DNA of 64,000 nucleotides from the sequence record PP496440.1, one strand, 5' to 3'. Under the pieces are notes generated by a model. It was not told the origin of the DNA and searched no databases. It saw only the letters and a list, made by a program, of their open reading frames with translations. Position 1 is the stretch's first letter. Each line of letters begins with the position of its first letter. Shown here piece after piece: positions 1 through 9,738 of the stretch. A program made the position numbers and the translations under genes.

Positions 1-243
1 CTTGTGCGACGGATTGAGAACGCCACGGGCCGCTACGTCGTCGATGGTTGACGAAGAGTACATAACGGTGCAGTGCAGCTCAGACATCGGCATCACGTCC
101 GGCTCACGATCTTGGCCGTACTTGCTCAGGGTCATCAACATCTTGGCGAGGGTCAGCTTGGAATCCGGGTGGATCTTGACATCCACGTAAGAACCTTCCT
201 TGATCAACGACCGGGCCGTCTCCATTACCTTAACTGTTTTCAT
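1..243 (-). CDS. 5' part (81 aa, runs off left edge) of a 2H-phosphoesterase resembling T4 gp57B/Acb1 anti-CBASS nuclease
   Basis: Hand translation from ATG at 243 (overlapping the end of the upstream gene): MKTVKVMETARSLIKEGSYVDVKIHPDSKLTLAKMLMTLSKYGQDREPDVMPMSELHCTVMYSS... It has the first HxT motif (LHCTVMYS) preceded by a GxYV strand, as in Acb1/gp57B. Not in the ORF track because it is truncated. Confidence 0.55.
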   Translation of the reverse strand, partial: MKTVKVMETARSLIKEGSYVDVKIHPDSKLTLAKMLMTLSKYGQDREPDVMPMSELHCTVMYSSSTIDDVAARGVLNPSHK

Positions 244-736
244 TGGTGAACCCCTCGAGTGGGAATATCGTAGCCGTGGACTTGTCAGGGTTGACCTGAA
301 TACTCGCCGGGTTGACTTTCAGATACTGCTTCAAGATCTTTTCGATCCGCAGCAAGTCAACGTCCTCTCCTTCCTTTTTCTCTACCCACGGCAGCATCAC
401 GTAGGAGTACAGAGCGGGGTTGATCAGGACTACGTTGAAGAATGCAGTGATGGCGTGGATCAAGGTGTTGCCATCATGTTTGGTACTGGTCGGGTCTCCT
501 TCCTTACTCCGGAGGATCACCCGAGGCTGGATAGTGTCGTAGGTGATAATCACCCCGAAACTGTCCGCAAGATTCGCTGGCACATTAACGCCTGCCGGGG
601 CGCCGCGTGTCCAGAACGTAACGCGTGACTTGGTTCCGTCTGGGCGGTGGATTGTTGCCTTGGTGCAGTATTCCGAGGAAGTCCACAAGACCGGATAGGT
701 CGGGAGGATATCCACCTGGGGGATAGACTTTATCAT
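230..736 (-). CDS. hypothetical protein (168 aa)
   Basis: ORF 230..784; ATG at 736 preceded by GAGG is the likelier start. Confidence 0.6.
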   Translation of the reverse strand: MIKSIPQVDILPTYPVLWTSSEYCTKATIHRPDGTKSRVTFWTRGAPAGVNVPANLADSFGVIITYDTIQPRVILRSKEGDPTSTKHDGNTLIHAITAFFNVVLINPALYSYVMLPWVEKKEGEDVDLLRIEKILKQYLKVNPASIQVNPDKSTATIFPLEGFTNENS

Positions 737-780
737 GGTTGCCTCTAAGCCAACGGGGCCTTTCGACCCCGTGCCATTGT

Positions 781-1944
781 TCACTGGGGAACCAGAGGAC
801 TCAGTTTGGTCATGGTTTCCGACAGCTCTTTCAGGACGAATGCACGCTTGTCCTCCGGCAACTTCTTCATGCTGGATTGAAGCGAGGCGATCACCGCGAT
901 TGCCATCCCCAGTTCTTCCTGATACCGGCCCGTCCGGCCTTGGCGTGCACCGGACGTTTCGGTCTCGCCGTCGTCCACAATCAGACGTTCACCACAACGC
1001 TTACACCACCGAGAGTCATCAGCGTTGTTCGCACCGCAGCGTGGACACTCGATCTCGTCGTCTTTAGGCGGGCCATCCAAGTCATCGCCTTCTTCTTCGA
1101 GTTCCTCATCGGTCATCCGTGCCGGGGCGTCGGGATCCTCTTCGCTTTCCGGTTCCGCCGAGTCTTCATCCTCCGTGGTTTCATCTTCGGCGTCGGGATC
1201 CTCTTCAGGATCAACTTCAGCCTCCGGGTCTTCCTCGGTTTCGGTGTCCGCTTCCGGATCATCCTCTTCCATTTCGGCGTCCGGATCCTCTTCTTCGGTG
1301 GACGCTTCATCCTCGTCCGGTACTTCCGTTTCCTCTTCCTTCGCCTTTTTGTTCTTGGCTTTGGTCAGATTCTTGGAAGCTTCCTGCTCTTCATCAGTCG
1401 GGCGGAACGTAGGATCTTCCGCATCGTCGGTGAGGTCAGGAACGTCGGTGTCCATTGCGATTGGACGTTCCACGAAGAACGGGGAGTCCTCGGAGTTGCC
1501 GTAGGACCGCCCGTACCATGGGCTGGCCTCGTCGAGGATGTCCGGGATAAGCGACAGCTCGATCTCGCCCGTGCCTTTCAGGTTACCCCGTGCACGACCA
1601 ATGATACCCACGCCAGACTTGGTTGGGCGGAAGCTCTGAACCGAACCCGTGTCATCCAAGACTACAGAGGTCATGTCAGCGGCAACCCGAGTAACCGTGC
1701 CGAGGTAGAATTCGGGGTTGGCCCAAGACTTGCCCATGTTGACCAGCACACGCTCACCTTTGTTATAGCGAACGTAGTAGCCAACCTCCATGTGACGAAT
1801 GGATGCCGCCAGCGTATGCACCTTGGTCCAGAAGCTCTTTCTCTCCTTGACCGGCACCTTGACGGCGGCGGTTACTTTGTATTGCGTCGAGACGCGATCC
1901 AGCGCTTGGCGGAAGGCCGCGTCCGAGGGATTGGCCATGGTCAT
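781..1944 (-). CDS. acidic low-complexity protein with C-terminal double zinc ribbon
   Basis: 387 aa; ~90-residue Asp/Glu tract followed by CPRCGANNADDSRWCKRCG. Confidence 0.7.
   Translation of the reverse strand: MTMANPSDAAFRQALDRVSTQYKVTAAVKVPVKERKSFWTKVHTLAASIRHMEVGYYVRYNKGERVLVNMGKSWANPEFYLGTVTRVAADMTSVVLDDTGSVQSFRPTKSGVGIIGRARGNLKGTGEIELSLIPDILDEASPWYGRSYGNSEDSPFFVERPIAMDTDVPDLTDDAEDPTFRPTDEEQEASKNLTKAKNKKAKEEETEVPDEDEASTEEEDPDAEMEEDDPEADTETEEDPEAEVDPEEDPDAEDETTEDEDSAEPESEEDPDAPARMTDEELEEEGDDLDGPPKDDEIECPRCGANNADDSRWCKRCGERLIVDDGETETSGARQGRTGRYQEELGMAIAVIASLQSSMKKLPEDKRAFVLKELSETMTKLSPLVPQ
1110..1335 (-). repeat. degenerate coding tandem repeats (EEDP[D/E]A-like units)
   Basis: Recurrent GGCGTC[C/G]GGATCCTCTTC-type units on the + strand, encoding repeated EEDPDA/EEDPEA. 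Confidence 0.6.
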
Positions 1945-1945
1945 C

Positions 1946-2776
1946 TTAAGCCACCGTCTGTTCGCTCAGCTGGTTATCCAGGTCCATGTAGAACTGGGGG
2001 TTGGCCTTGCAGAGTTCGCTGTAGTATTCCACAACGTCGCCCGATTGATCTTCAACCGGCATCGGGATGTTAGCCAGTGAATCTGCACCAGCCAGTTGCA
2101 CGACGGAGATCAGCTGACCCCGGTGCACGGACTCGGTTTGCATGGTGTCAGTCGAGTAGATCGTGTCGGCGGTGACCACGTAGCCGTAGTTAACCGAATC
2201 GGTCTCGGTGGAGAAGAACGAAGCGTATACGGCGTTACGTGGATCAGGCATAACGTCGAGCAGGGGCATAACATCCGCCACGTGCTTGGCGCCTCGGTCT
2301 TCTACCGCAGCCATGCTGACCAGATCGGCCAGTTGGTGGTTGGACGCACGGGACAAGGTGTGAGCACCCGATTCGGCGATGGTCAGGTCCCACAGGGTGT
2401 GGTCCACGTTGTCCATCATCACGTTACCCGCCATCTCGCGATAACGAGCGGTCTCAGCGTTGGTGCCGATCTCATCCTTGTTGATGCCACGAATCTCGCG
2501 GTTCAGGGCGAGGAAGCCGCTGACTTCGATGGCCGAAGAGTGGGCACCGCGACCGATCACGGTGAAAGACTCGGTGACCGGGCTGATGCGATTGTCGAAA
2601 GCCTTGGCGATGGCTACGCGAGCCTCTTCAACGGACTTCGGTGCCTTGCTGAACTTGCCGACGACGCGAGCCGTGGAATCGTTGATCACCAGAGCACTGG
2701 TCACACTGAAAACTGGAGCCATACCAGTCTTCATCTTAACGTGGTCGGTGACTTTATTCATATCAAGACGTGCCAT
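1946..2776 (-). CDS. putative virion structural protein
   Basis: 276 aa, SD (GGAG), phage codon usage, in structural module; no family recognised. Confidence 0.5.
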   Translation of the reverse strand: MARLDMNKVTDHVKMKTGMAPVFSVTSALVINDSTARVVGKFSKAPKSVEEARVAIAKAFDNRISPVTESFTVIGRGAHSSAIEVSGFLALNREIRGINKDEIGTNAETARYREMAGNVMMDNVDHTLWDLTIAESGAHTLSRASNHQLADLVSMAAVEDRGAKHVADVMPLLDVMPDPRNAVYASFFSTETDSVNYGYVVTADTIYSTDTMQTESVHRGQLISVVQLAGADSLANIPMPVEDQSGDVVEYYSELCKANPQFYMDLDNQLSEQTVA

Positions 2777-2795
2777 TTGTGTATCTCCTAGGGAG

Positions 2796-3518
2796 TTATC
2801 GAGGGAAGTTGTTCAGTCGGGAATCCAGAGCGCCCCAGTAGGAACTCAAGGGACCAGCAGATACACCGGTTGCGCCGGGCACATGCTTGCGCCGACCTTT
2901 ACCGTTGCCACCCGCCTCACTACCGTCACCGTTGGTAATCCCTACCCGGTTCAAATAGGTCTTGATGCTCTCGACGTTCGCTTGAATGTAATCCATCACA
3001 CTCTGATCCTGCGACTCGAGGTATTGCGTCATGTCCATGGTCAACTGGACCGCCGCGCCTTGGTAATCGAACTGGGTTCGACCTTCGTCCATGTACATCG
3101 TTCTCAGGGCTATGTGCTCCGCGTACTTGATCCACAAAGCGTAGATAGCGCCTTGAGCATTGATCATCGAGAACCCAGTAGGAATGACCGCACCGTTGAA
3201 CATGTCCCGGCCTGCTTTGAGGCAGTTCAGGTAATCCTCATCGGTGAACGCCAAGTCATCCAGACGAAGCTTGCTATTGATCCGATTGGTGAACTGTCTC
3301 AGCTCATCTATCGCCGTCAACATCGACGGATTGATCATATACAGTCTCTGTGTACTGTAATTAGTACTGCCTTGCTGCTTGTACACCACCTGATAGGGCT
3401 CGAAGTTGGGCAGCAGGGTATTGGCGGGCAGCACAGCTGACACCTTACCGTTTGCCGCGACATCGGCCACCAGTGACGACCTCAGCAAGTTGTCGAAGTA
3501 AACCTCGATGCTGATCAT
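2796..3518 (-). CDS. putative head-tail adaptor/neck protein
   Basis: 240 aa, helical C-terminal half, positioned among neck genes; function inferred from context. Confidence 0.35.
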   Translation of the reverse strand: MISIEVYFDNLLRSSLVADVAANGKVSAVLPANTLLPNFEPYQVVYKQQGSTNYSTQRLYMINPSMLTAIDELRQFTNRINSKLRLDDLAFTDEDYLNCLKAGRDMFNGAVIPTGFSMINAQGAIYALWIKYAEHIALRTMYMDEGRTQFDYQGAAVQLTMDMTQYLESQDQSVMDYIQANVESIKTYLNRVGITNGDGSEAGGNGKGRRKHVPGATGVSAGPLSSYWGALDSRLNNFPR

Positions 3519-4669
3519 ACGGGAAACTCCGGAAGTGCCGTGGTCAGTTCTATCACCTTGACCGGAGTGAGTGGTTGCACCTCCTGACCGGATAGTGGCG
3601 GACTCTCAATCGTCAGATACGCTTCGGCGAAAGGCCCTAGCGGATAGGCGGTGAAGTACAGCGGCAGGTTGAACTCCGAGCTGGCCGACCCAATGACCAC
3701 GGAGAACATCTGATCAGTGAAGTCGATGCCCGCGTGCCCGGAACCACCTGGAGTGTTACGCAAGTGCACACCAAGGGTGTAGGGTTCGACCAGTCCTTGT
3801 CCAGCAGAGTCCAGTACGGTCACCTTGAGCACTTCGTCACCCGGCGATAGCTTGCCGAAAGATACGGACAAGTAGCGTGGCACCTCTTCGTCCTCATGGG
3901 GCTGTCGAGCAATCAGGCGGGTTCGTTCATCCGGGATACCCGTACCTACCGGTGCCTTGAATGTGAGCATCGCATGATCTACAATGCCGCTGGTGCCCGG
4001 CGAACTTAGGTCAATGTTCTGACTTGGGAGGACCAAGGTGGTCGTGAGTTTGAACGCCGGAATGGTCACGCTGCCTTGGATCGACTCGATGTATCCCGGG
4101 TCTACTGATACGTCCCCGGCCACGACGGGCGGCAACTGTCTGGCGGTGTAGTTCAGGACAAGATCCTTAGCGTACACCTGGGACAGTGCCAGCGTCAACT
4201 GGAACGGTTGGCCTCGAATGACTTCCTGAGATGCAGGAGCAATGACCCGCAGGTTGGTAGTATTGGCGTCTTGATCAGTAGCGAACGCCAGCGTGGTGGA
4301 CAGCTCCACGTCTTGGTTGAACAATGCCACCAGTACAGAAGAACCACCCTGTTCCAAATCGACGGTCACCTGAATATCGGTGGATCCATCTTCATCGATG
4401 CCGACTAGTTCGTCCTTTAGGAAGAAATCAATCGTCAGCGAGTCATAGCTGGTGTCTGGCACCACGATGTTGGCCGTCACCTTGACCCGGTAACGGTTAC
4501 CCGAGGGAAGCTTCTTGACAGACGTTACCAGTGCCGGTTCTTCCCCGGCTAGCAATGCTCCAACCTCGTCGCTCACCGCGTAGTGCACGTGTAGGCCGTC
4601 GCTGGGTTGCTTGTCGATCAGGAAGGTATAACTGAGGGGGACCGTATCCCCAACGGTGTAGGTTGTCAT
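3515..4669 (-). CDS. beta-strand-rich (Ig-like) virion protein
   Basis: 384 aa, alternating hydrophobic beta-strand pattern, Thr/Val rich; 4-bp overlaps with both neighbours. Confidence 0.45.
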   Translation of the reverse strand: MTTYTVGDTVPLSYTFLIDKQPSDGLHVHYAVSDEVGALLAGEEPALVTSVKKLPSGNRYRVKVTANIVVPDTSYDSLTIDFFLKDELVGIDEDGSTDIQVTVDLEQGGSSVLVALFNQDVELSTTLAFATDQDANTTNLRVIAPASQEVIRGQPFQLTLALSQVYAKDLVLNYTARQLPPVVAGDVSVDPGYIESIQGSVTIPAFKLTTTLVLPSQNIDLSSPGTSGIVDHAMLTFKAPVGTGIPDERTRLIARQPHEDEEVPRYLSVSFGKLSPGDEVLKVTVLDSAGQGLVEPYTLGVHLRNTPGGSGHAGIDFTDQMFSVVIGSASSEFNLPLYFTAYPLGPFAEAYLTIESPPLSGQEVQPLTPVKVIELTTALPEFPV

Positions 4670-5103
4670 TGGCCTGACTCCGGTAAAGCGAAGACGATTG
4701 GAACCTCATGTTCCTCGGACAGGTCATTCAACGAGTAACGCACCAGCTCCTTTAGCCAGCGATAGGTCTTGCCGTTGAAGTACCGGTATCGGCCTTCGAT
4801 CAGGGTGGGTGTGTAATCGGAATTCAGGTCAGCGATGATGGTGTCCGTCATGTCGCCGTTATCTTCCCGCACTTGCCGTACTAGAATGCTGTGCAGAACC
4901 CACACGTTGTTACTGTTCTTGTTGTCCCCCAGTAGGACTAACTCATCTGTGGGTAGTGCCATCCCCTGCGCCAGATAAGTGGACACTGGGGCATGCGTGG
5001 GGGATTTGGTAAACGTCTGGCCGGGTAACCCGAACGACAAGGTTGTCGTTAAACGCCTCAAGTACTGGGGGCGGGTCAGCGGCTGCGGGGCGATCTTGAT
5101 CAT
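4666..5103 (-). CDS. hypothetical virion-module protein (145 aa)
   Basis: Start MIKIAPQP at 5103 by ATGA coupling to the upstream stop; the track's extension to 5469 overlaps the next gene. Confidence 0.6.
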   Translation of the reverse strand: MIKIAPQPLTRPQYLRRLTTTLSFGLPGQTFTKSPTHAPVSTYLAQGMALPTDELVLLGDNKNSNNVWVLHSILVRQVREDNGDMTDTIIADLNSDYTPTLIEGRYRYFNGKTYRWLKELVRYSLNDLSEEHEVPIVFALPESGQ

Positions 5104-5855
5104 ACTAAATCGTACCTCGACAGTTGATGAACCACCGACGCACCGATGCTGTTCAGGTTGATACGATCCCCCGGATGGAATGCGCCTGCGTGAGTGTACA
5201 CGGGCAACAGGTTGAGCCATGCGTGGCCCATCTCCGGCACATACGTCAACACCAGTACTACCTGATTGAACGTGTGCGTACCGGAAGCCTCTTCGGGGAA
5301 GTTGATCTGATAGAACATGGTGAAGCGCGTGTGGTTGCGATTGTTCAGCAGGTGATCCACGCTGCCGTCCACACTGATTGAGGTGAAGTGCTGGTTCAGA
5401 TACCCGAGTACTTCCTCGTTCAATCTGGCCAGCTCCGCGTTTTCCTCGTTCAGCAGATTGGTGTAGCAATCGGCGATGGTGTCGATGATGTGTTTGCGCG
5501 TTGCACGCAATCCCTTCTCGATAGTTTCCACCACCTTCTCATTGTCGAGGCCAGTGTACACGGAGTTCTCGGGAAGATGCTTGCGAACGTGGTTACGCAG
5601 CTGGGTCAGCAAGGTGAACGCGGATGTCATCGAGGCCAGTTGAATGAACGCGGCATCGGTGTTGTGCGTTGAACCTTCATCCAGCGTAGAGTCAATCACC
5701 TGGGTGTTGTGCCCCGGTTCCTCCACGTACGCCTGCAGCAGCGGATTGATTACGTCTTTGGTGATCGGATACTTCAACAACCCCTCAACCACGCCCAGTG
5801 CTTCGGGCAAGGTACGGATATTGCCGATGCTCTCCATATCTACATGCTTAGTCAT
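5100..5855 (-). CDS. hypothetical virion-module protein (251 aa)
   Basis: Clean ORF, coupled to neighbours. Confidence 0.6.
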   Translation of the reverse strand: MTKHVDMESIGNIRTLPEALGVVEGLLKYPITKDVINPLLQAYVEEPGHNTQVIDSTLDEGSTHNTDAAFIQLASMTSAFTLLTQLRNHVRKHLPENSVYTGLDNEKVVETIEKGLRATRKHIIDTIADCYTNLLNEENAELARLNEEVLGYLNQHFTSISVDGSVDHLLNNRNHTRFTMFYQINFPEEASGTHTFNQVVLVLTYVPEMGHAWLNLLPVYTHAGAFHPGDRINLNSIGASVVHQLSRYDLV

Positions 5856-5856
5856 A

Positions 5857-7023
5857 TCACAGGATTCCGTTGAACACTTCCTGAGGTTGGATCAACCGGG
5901 CCGTCAGCTCGATGAAGATCACGGTATCCCCTTTGGAGTTGAGCTGGGGACGAGAGCTGGTTACGTACCACACTCTGTTGTATTTGAAGTCCCGGATCAG
6001 CGAGTGCTTGCCGATGTTCGAGACGTAAGAAGGAACGCTAACCTCGATGTCCGGGCTGTCGTCACCGGTGAGAGATTTGCTGAACGTCGCCACGTCAACC
6101 TGCGGGAAGTCGATACGGACCCGCACGCCTTGGCAGTCGAAGTTGGCTTCGAAGTGCGTGAACTCTTCGTCGCATGTTACCCGGAGGATGTGGGGAAGAC
6201 CATCTGCCAAGTCGGCCAGTGATGCCACGGGGGTTGTCACGTCTGTAACCACGGTTGCCAAGGTGAAGCCCTTGATCTCCTCCGTATTGTTCATCAGACG
6301 ATAGCTGAACAGGTTGCCGCCTTTCGGCACGATCATGTTGAAGTCCACGTAACCACCGTCAACATCTGTCGAAGCCAGCGCGAAAGAGTAAGGGCTGGCA
6401 ATGGTGTTGACGCGGAAGTCCGACATTCCTACCTGATCACCCACGGTAAGCAGTAGGTGATACCCGCGATAGATCGAATAACCTTTGATGTAGCCCGTGC
6501 TCAGGCAAACGCCGCACGTGTTACCACCTGACTCAAGGAAGTCGTCACCCATGAACTCTTCATCGAACCGAAGTTCATCGTCGTCATCGATGTCAGTCTC
6601 GTCTTCATCCGTGAGCGGATCATCTACTACCATGGTTTGATCGAAGTCAACATCCCCTGCGCGGAACGACTTGCGCCTTTTCAGGTCGTTAGCGGAGCCC
6701 CGGCCAACGGGTTCCACTGCTCTGGACTCAAGTTCCTCTTCTTCCTTGTCCAGTTCGTCGGCGTTGTTGAAGAAGTTGTTGAGCTGATCGTTGCTCAGGT
6801 TGCCCTTCTTGTCCAGCAGTGGGGCACCTGATTGGCACGTGCACCGGCGACCGGCACGGATGAACGGATAGAGGATAGCGTCGATGCCAGATGCCTCAAT
6901 GGCAATGTCCGTCTCCTTCCGTTTACGCTCTTCATAGTAGGCCACGCCTTGTTCCACGGGTGTCCGTAATCGTTGATTTCGGGCAGTGGAGACTTGCCGG
7001 GGCGAGGGTGTGTATCTAGGCAT
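5857..7023 (-). CDS. putative head-closure/neck protein with split Zn finger
   Basis: RRCTCQ ... CGVCLSTGYIKGY signature as in large-myovirus head-completion proteins, interrupted by an acidic insert; C-terminal beta-strand region. Confidence 0.5.
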   Translation of the reverse strand: MPRYTPSPRQVSTARNQRLRTPVEQGVAYYEERKRKETDIAIEASGIDAILYPFIRAGRRCTCQSGAPLLDKKGNLSNDQLNNFFNNADELDKEEEELESRAVEPVGRGSANDLKRRKSFRAGDVDFDQTMVVDDPLTDEDETDIDDDDELRFDEEFMGDDFLESGGNTCGVCLSTGYIKGYSIYRGYHLLLTVGDQVGMSDFRVNTIASPYSFALASTDVDGGYVDFNMIVPKGGNLFSYRLMNNTEEIKGFTLATVVTDVTTPVASLADLADGLPHILRVTCDEEFTHFEANFDCQGVRVRIDFPQVDVATFSKSLTGDDSPDIEVSVPSYVSNIGKHSLIRDFKYNRVWYVTSSRPQLNSKGDTVIFIELTARLIQPQEVFNGIL

Positions 7024-7148
7024 GAAAACCTCACACTAATTACATACATACCGGAAAATCAACGGTAAATGATGGGTATAACGTCATATTCCGAATTAGC
7101 ATCTTTTGTCCGGTTTCCTTACTACTCAAAAATCTAGGATCGGTCACT

Positions 7149-7889
7149 ATGCACAGTAAAATAACGGAGGTTTATTCGCTAGGATTTGACCCCGGAAAGA
7201 ACAACTTTGCTTGGACCTTCACGCTGACTACCAACGTCGGCGGCAAGCTGGTGCCAGAGATCCTTGAAATGGGATACGTCCTCAGTCCTTTGAAGAACCT
7301 GACCGAAGACAACCTGATGGAAGGCACCGAGCATTTCTTCTTCGACATGCGTATCCTCCTGCTCATGCTACTGCAGAAGTATGGCCGCATCGATATCGTC
7401 GTAGCGGAACGGTTTCAGGCTCGCGGCCAGAAGACCGGCACTACCAGTGAGGTGGTCAGCATGATGATCGGCTTACTGATCCGCTGCATCCGAGAGTGTC
7501 ACATCAGTCCAGATGTTCGGTTGGTTATTGCCAGCAGCTGGAAGAACAGTTACAACCGCTGCCTAGATGACAAGGAAGCTTTGCGTACTGCATACAAGCT
7601 GTGCCGTGCTGAGGCTCATGAACTCGACGCTAGCTTTATCTCCCTGTACGGAGCCAACAAGGTAATACAGCGATCCCTTGAATCATCTGGGTCCAAACGA
7701 ATCGTAGCGTCTACCGCCCCGAACGTGTTCAAGCATTTCGTCAGTGAGGTAGCCCGCGACTTGTGGCTGTCCATCGTGGAATGCAAGACCGGGGGCCAAT
7801 TGGTTAACCGAAAGGCCAAGCGCAAATATCACGCTGAGGCACCGAATGAGCAAAGCCGAAAGAAGGCCGCAAGCCATAGTCCAGCTTGA
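7149..7889 (+). CDS. RuvC-like Holliday junction resolvase (RNase H fold)
   Basis: LGFDPGKNNFAW (catalytic D, strand 1), VVAERFQ (E), HELDA (D). Confidence 0.7.
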   Translation: MHSKITEVYSLGFDPGKNNFAWTFTLTTNVGGKLVPEILEMGYVLSPLKNLTEDNLMEGTEHFFFDMRILLLMLLQKYGRIDIVVAERFQARGQKTGTTSEVVSMMIGLLIRCIRECHISPDVRLVIASSWKNSYNRCLDDKEALRTAYKLCRAEAHELDASFISLYGANKVIQRSLESSGSKRIVASTAPNVFKHFVSEVARDLWLSIVECKTGGQLVNRKAKRKYHAEAPNEQSRKKAASHSPA

Positions 7890-8280
7890 TCAGGAACATG
7901 CCGTCCGAGATAGCATTCCTGAGAAGCTGGCTGTACAACGCCGACTGGAAGGTGAGTTCCGCATCACCCACATCCTGATCCTTGACCGGTACCTGGAGTG
8001 GTTGAAGGATCGAAACCTTCCAGTGTATTCCGATGAAGATCTACGTCCACTGGATAATCTGTTCCACGAATACCCGTTCAACGGTGGGCACTTCCCCCAG
8101 AACTATAGCCTATTAATCGCAGCGTTCAGTAGAGAGTACTGGCGCTTGTTCGTAGCAGAAACCGACATCGAAGCTGACCTGACTTCGGTGCTGGGGATAC
8201 CGCCGAGATTGTTTCAGCAACTCAGCACGCTCAGGTTACAGCTAGTCCGCAGATACCACACTCCGACTCACCGCAAATGA
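7846..8280 (+). CDS. hypothetical protein (144 aa)
   Basis: ORF between resolvase and next gene, overlapping both. Confidence 0.5.
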   Translation: MSKAERRPQAIVQLDQEHAVRDSIPEKLAVQRRLEGEFRITHILILDRYLEWLKDRNLPVYSDEDLRPLDNLFHEYPFNGGHFPQNYSLLIAAFSREYWRLFVAETDIEADLTSVLGIPPRLFQQLSTLRLQLVRRYHTPTHRK

Positions 8281-8288
8281 GGTTGACC

Positions 8289-8963
8289 ATGAAATTTGTA
8301 CCTAAAGCCATTGAACACCGCGACATCGATCCCACCGCACGAGAGTTGTGGGTTCTCAATACCACCAAGAAGCCAGCTTCAGGCGACGTGTTCTTCACCG
8401 TGCCGCGTATCCGGGGTAACGGTATGGACGACGTGCAGGTGATCAAGAGCTGGGCACCGCAGAACCTGTGTGAACAAGCGTCCGCCGGTCAGCTCATGGA
8501 CTCCACCGAGTTCCGTAAGATGATGACCTACGGGAACATCATCGTCATCAGCCCGGAAGACGCACAGAAGATCATCAGCAAGCGGCCCGCCGAGTTTCAG
8601 GAAGAAGTCAAGCGCATCCTGAACCGTCGTCAGCGTCAGATCGACGTACAAGATGCAGGGAGCCGTGTAGCCGAGCCTGCGTACACCAGCGGCCACGATC
8701 ACATCAACGTGCAAGCTGCCGATGACCTGGACATGAAAGTTCAGAGCCTGATGCAGCCGATGGAAGAAGGGGACACAATCAGCGCCGAGGAAGAGACGCG
8801 ACTGATCAACACCCTGCGCACCATGGAAGACGATGATGAGCTGGGTCCGGTTGAGACCAAGTTCATTCAGCGCATCGCCAAGAAGGCGGGCAAGAAGAAA
8901 CTCCTGCGCTACATCAACGAAGTAATTCGTCAGAGCGTTGACGACGAAGAAGACGATGACTGA
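8289..8963 (+). CDS. hypothetical protein with acidic C-terminus
   Basis: ATG at 8289 after GAGG; strong phage codon usage; followed by terminator. Confidence 0.65.
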   Translation: MKFVPKAIEHRDIDPTARELWVLNTTKKPASGDVFFTVPRIRGNGMDDVQVIKSWAPQNLCEQASAGQLMDSTEFRKMMTYGNIIVISPEDAQKIISKRPAEFQEEVKRILNRRQRQIDVQDAGSRVAEPAYTSGHDHINVQAADDLDMKVQSLMQPMEEGDTISAEEETRLINTLRTMEDDDELGPVETKFIQRIAKKAGKKKLLRYINEVIRQSVDDEEDDD

Positions 8964-8978
8964 TACGCAGCAGTAGAC

Positions 8979-9010
8979 AAAAGCCCCAGCTCTTATGCTG
9001 GGGCTTTTTC
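8979..9010. terminator. bidirectional intrinsic terminator
   Basis: AAAAGCCCCAGC-loop-GCTGGGGCTTTTT between convergent genes. Confidence 0.8.
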
Positions 9011-9150
9011 ACCTCGGTACTCCGGGATTTCCGGCTAGGATCACGACCGCACAGGATCGCGCAGGCGCCACGATGCCCCATGGACCGCCACACTGACCAA
9101 TGAAACCATGGAAAATCCAGCCTGCAGCAGCTGGCGCGGATTCCGCCCAC

Positions 9151-9187
9151 AAAAAAGCCCCGTCCAATACCGGCACGGGGCTTTTTC
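9151..9187. terminator. intrinsic terminator downstream of tail tube gene
   Basis: AAAAAAGCCCCG...CGGGGCTTTTT. Confidence 0.75.
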
Positions 9188-9210
9188 ACCTCACTACGTT
9201 ACCGGTTGCC

Positions 9211-9726
9211 TTACAGCGGCGATTCGGTGAACGTGTCGATAGAGAGGGTGAGCGAAGGACGAACGATGTCCGAGTTCTCACCATCCAGCTGACCACCTGC
9301 AGGATCGTAATCCTCCAAGAAGCAACCTTTGATGATGTACACGTACACCGGGATATCCTGACGGTTCTTACGAACCAACTGGAAGATCGCCTTCACATCA
9401 GCGTTGCGCGCTTGAACACCGTTCTGGATGTTGAAGCACTGTTGACGCCACTGAGCAAGCGCCTGGAGGAAGCGATAATCCGCAGTCTCCGCAGCGATCA
9501 TGTTCAGGTTGGGAGTAGCCGCCATGATGCCTGGCTGGCGGATACGAATACCGCGAATCCAGACATCGGTGGTTTGCCCTGCGTCGGTTTTGGGAACGTC
9601 GGTAGCCAGCAGCCGAATGTTCAGGTCGGTAGGCATGTCAACACCTACCGGGGACTTGAGGCAAGTCAAGTCCCATTTGTGCATGGGGGCGAAGTCCCCC
9701 AACGCATTGATCTGTTCATATTGCAT
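9211..9726 (-). CDS. tail tube protein
   Basis: 171 aa immediately downstream of the sheath gene; typical size and beta-rich pattern, C-terminal ...IVRPSLTLSIDTF. Confidence 0.75.
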   Translation of the reverse strand: MQYEQINALGDFAPMHKWDLTCLKSPVGVDMPTDLNIRLLATDVPKTDAGQTTDVWIRGIRIRQPGIMAATPNLNMIAAETADYRFLQALAQWRQQCFNIQNGVQARNADVKAIFQLVRKNRQDIPVYVYIIKGCFLEDYDPAGGQLDGENSDIVRPSLTLSIDTFTESPL

Positions 9727-9738
9727 GGTCAGCCCTCC

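Noticed and set aside
739-2073. 444-aa plus-strand ORF, and Ser-rich ORF 1025..1504
   Set aside because: Antisense to the acidic protein; low complexity mirrors the Asp/Glu codons.
5104-5469. N-terminal extension of ORF 4666..5469
   Set aside because: Overlaps the gene at 5100..5855; the ATGA-coupled start at 5103 explains the real gene.
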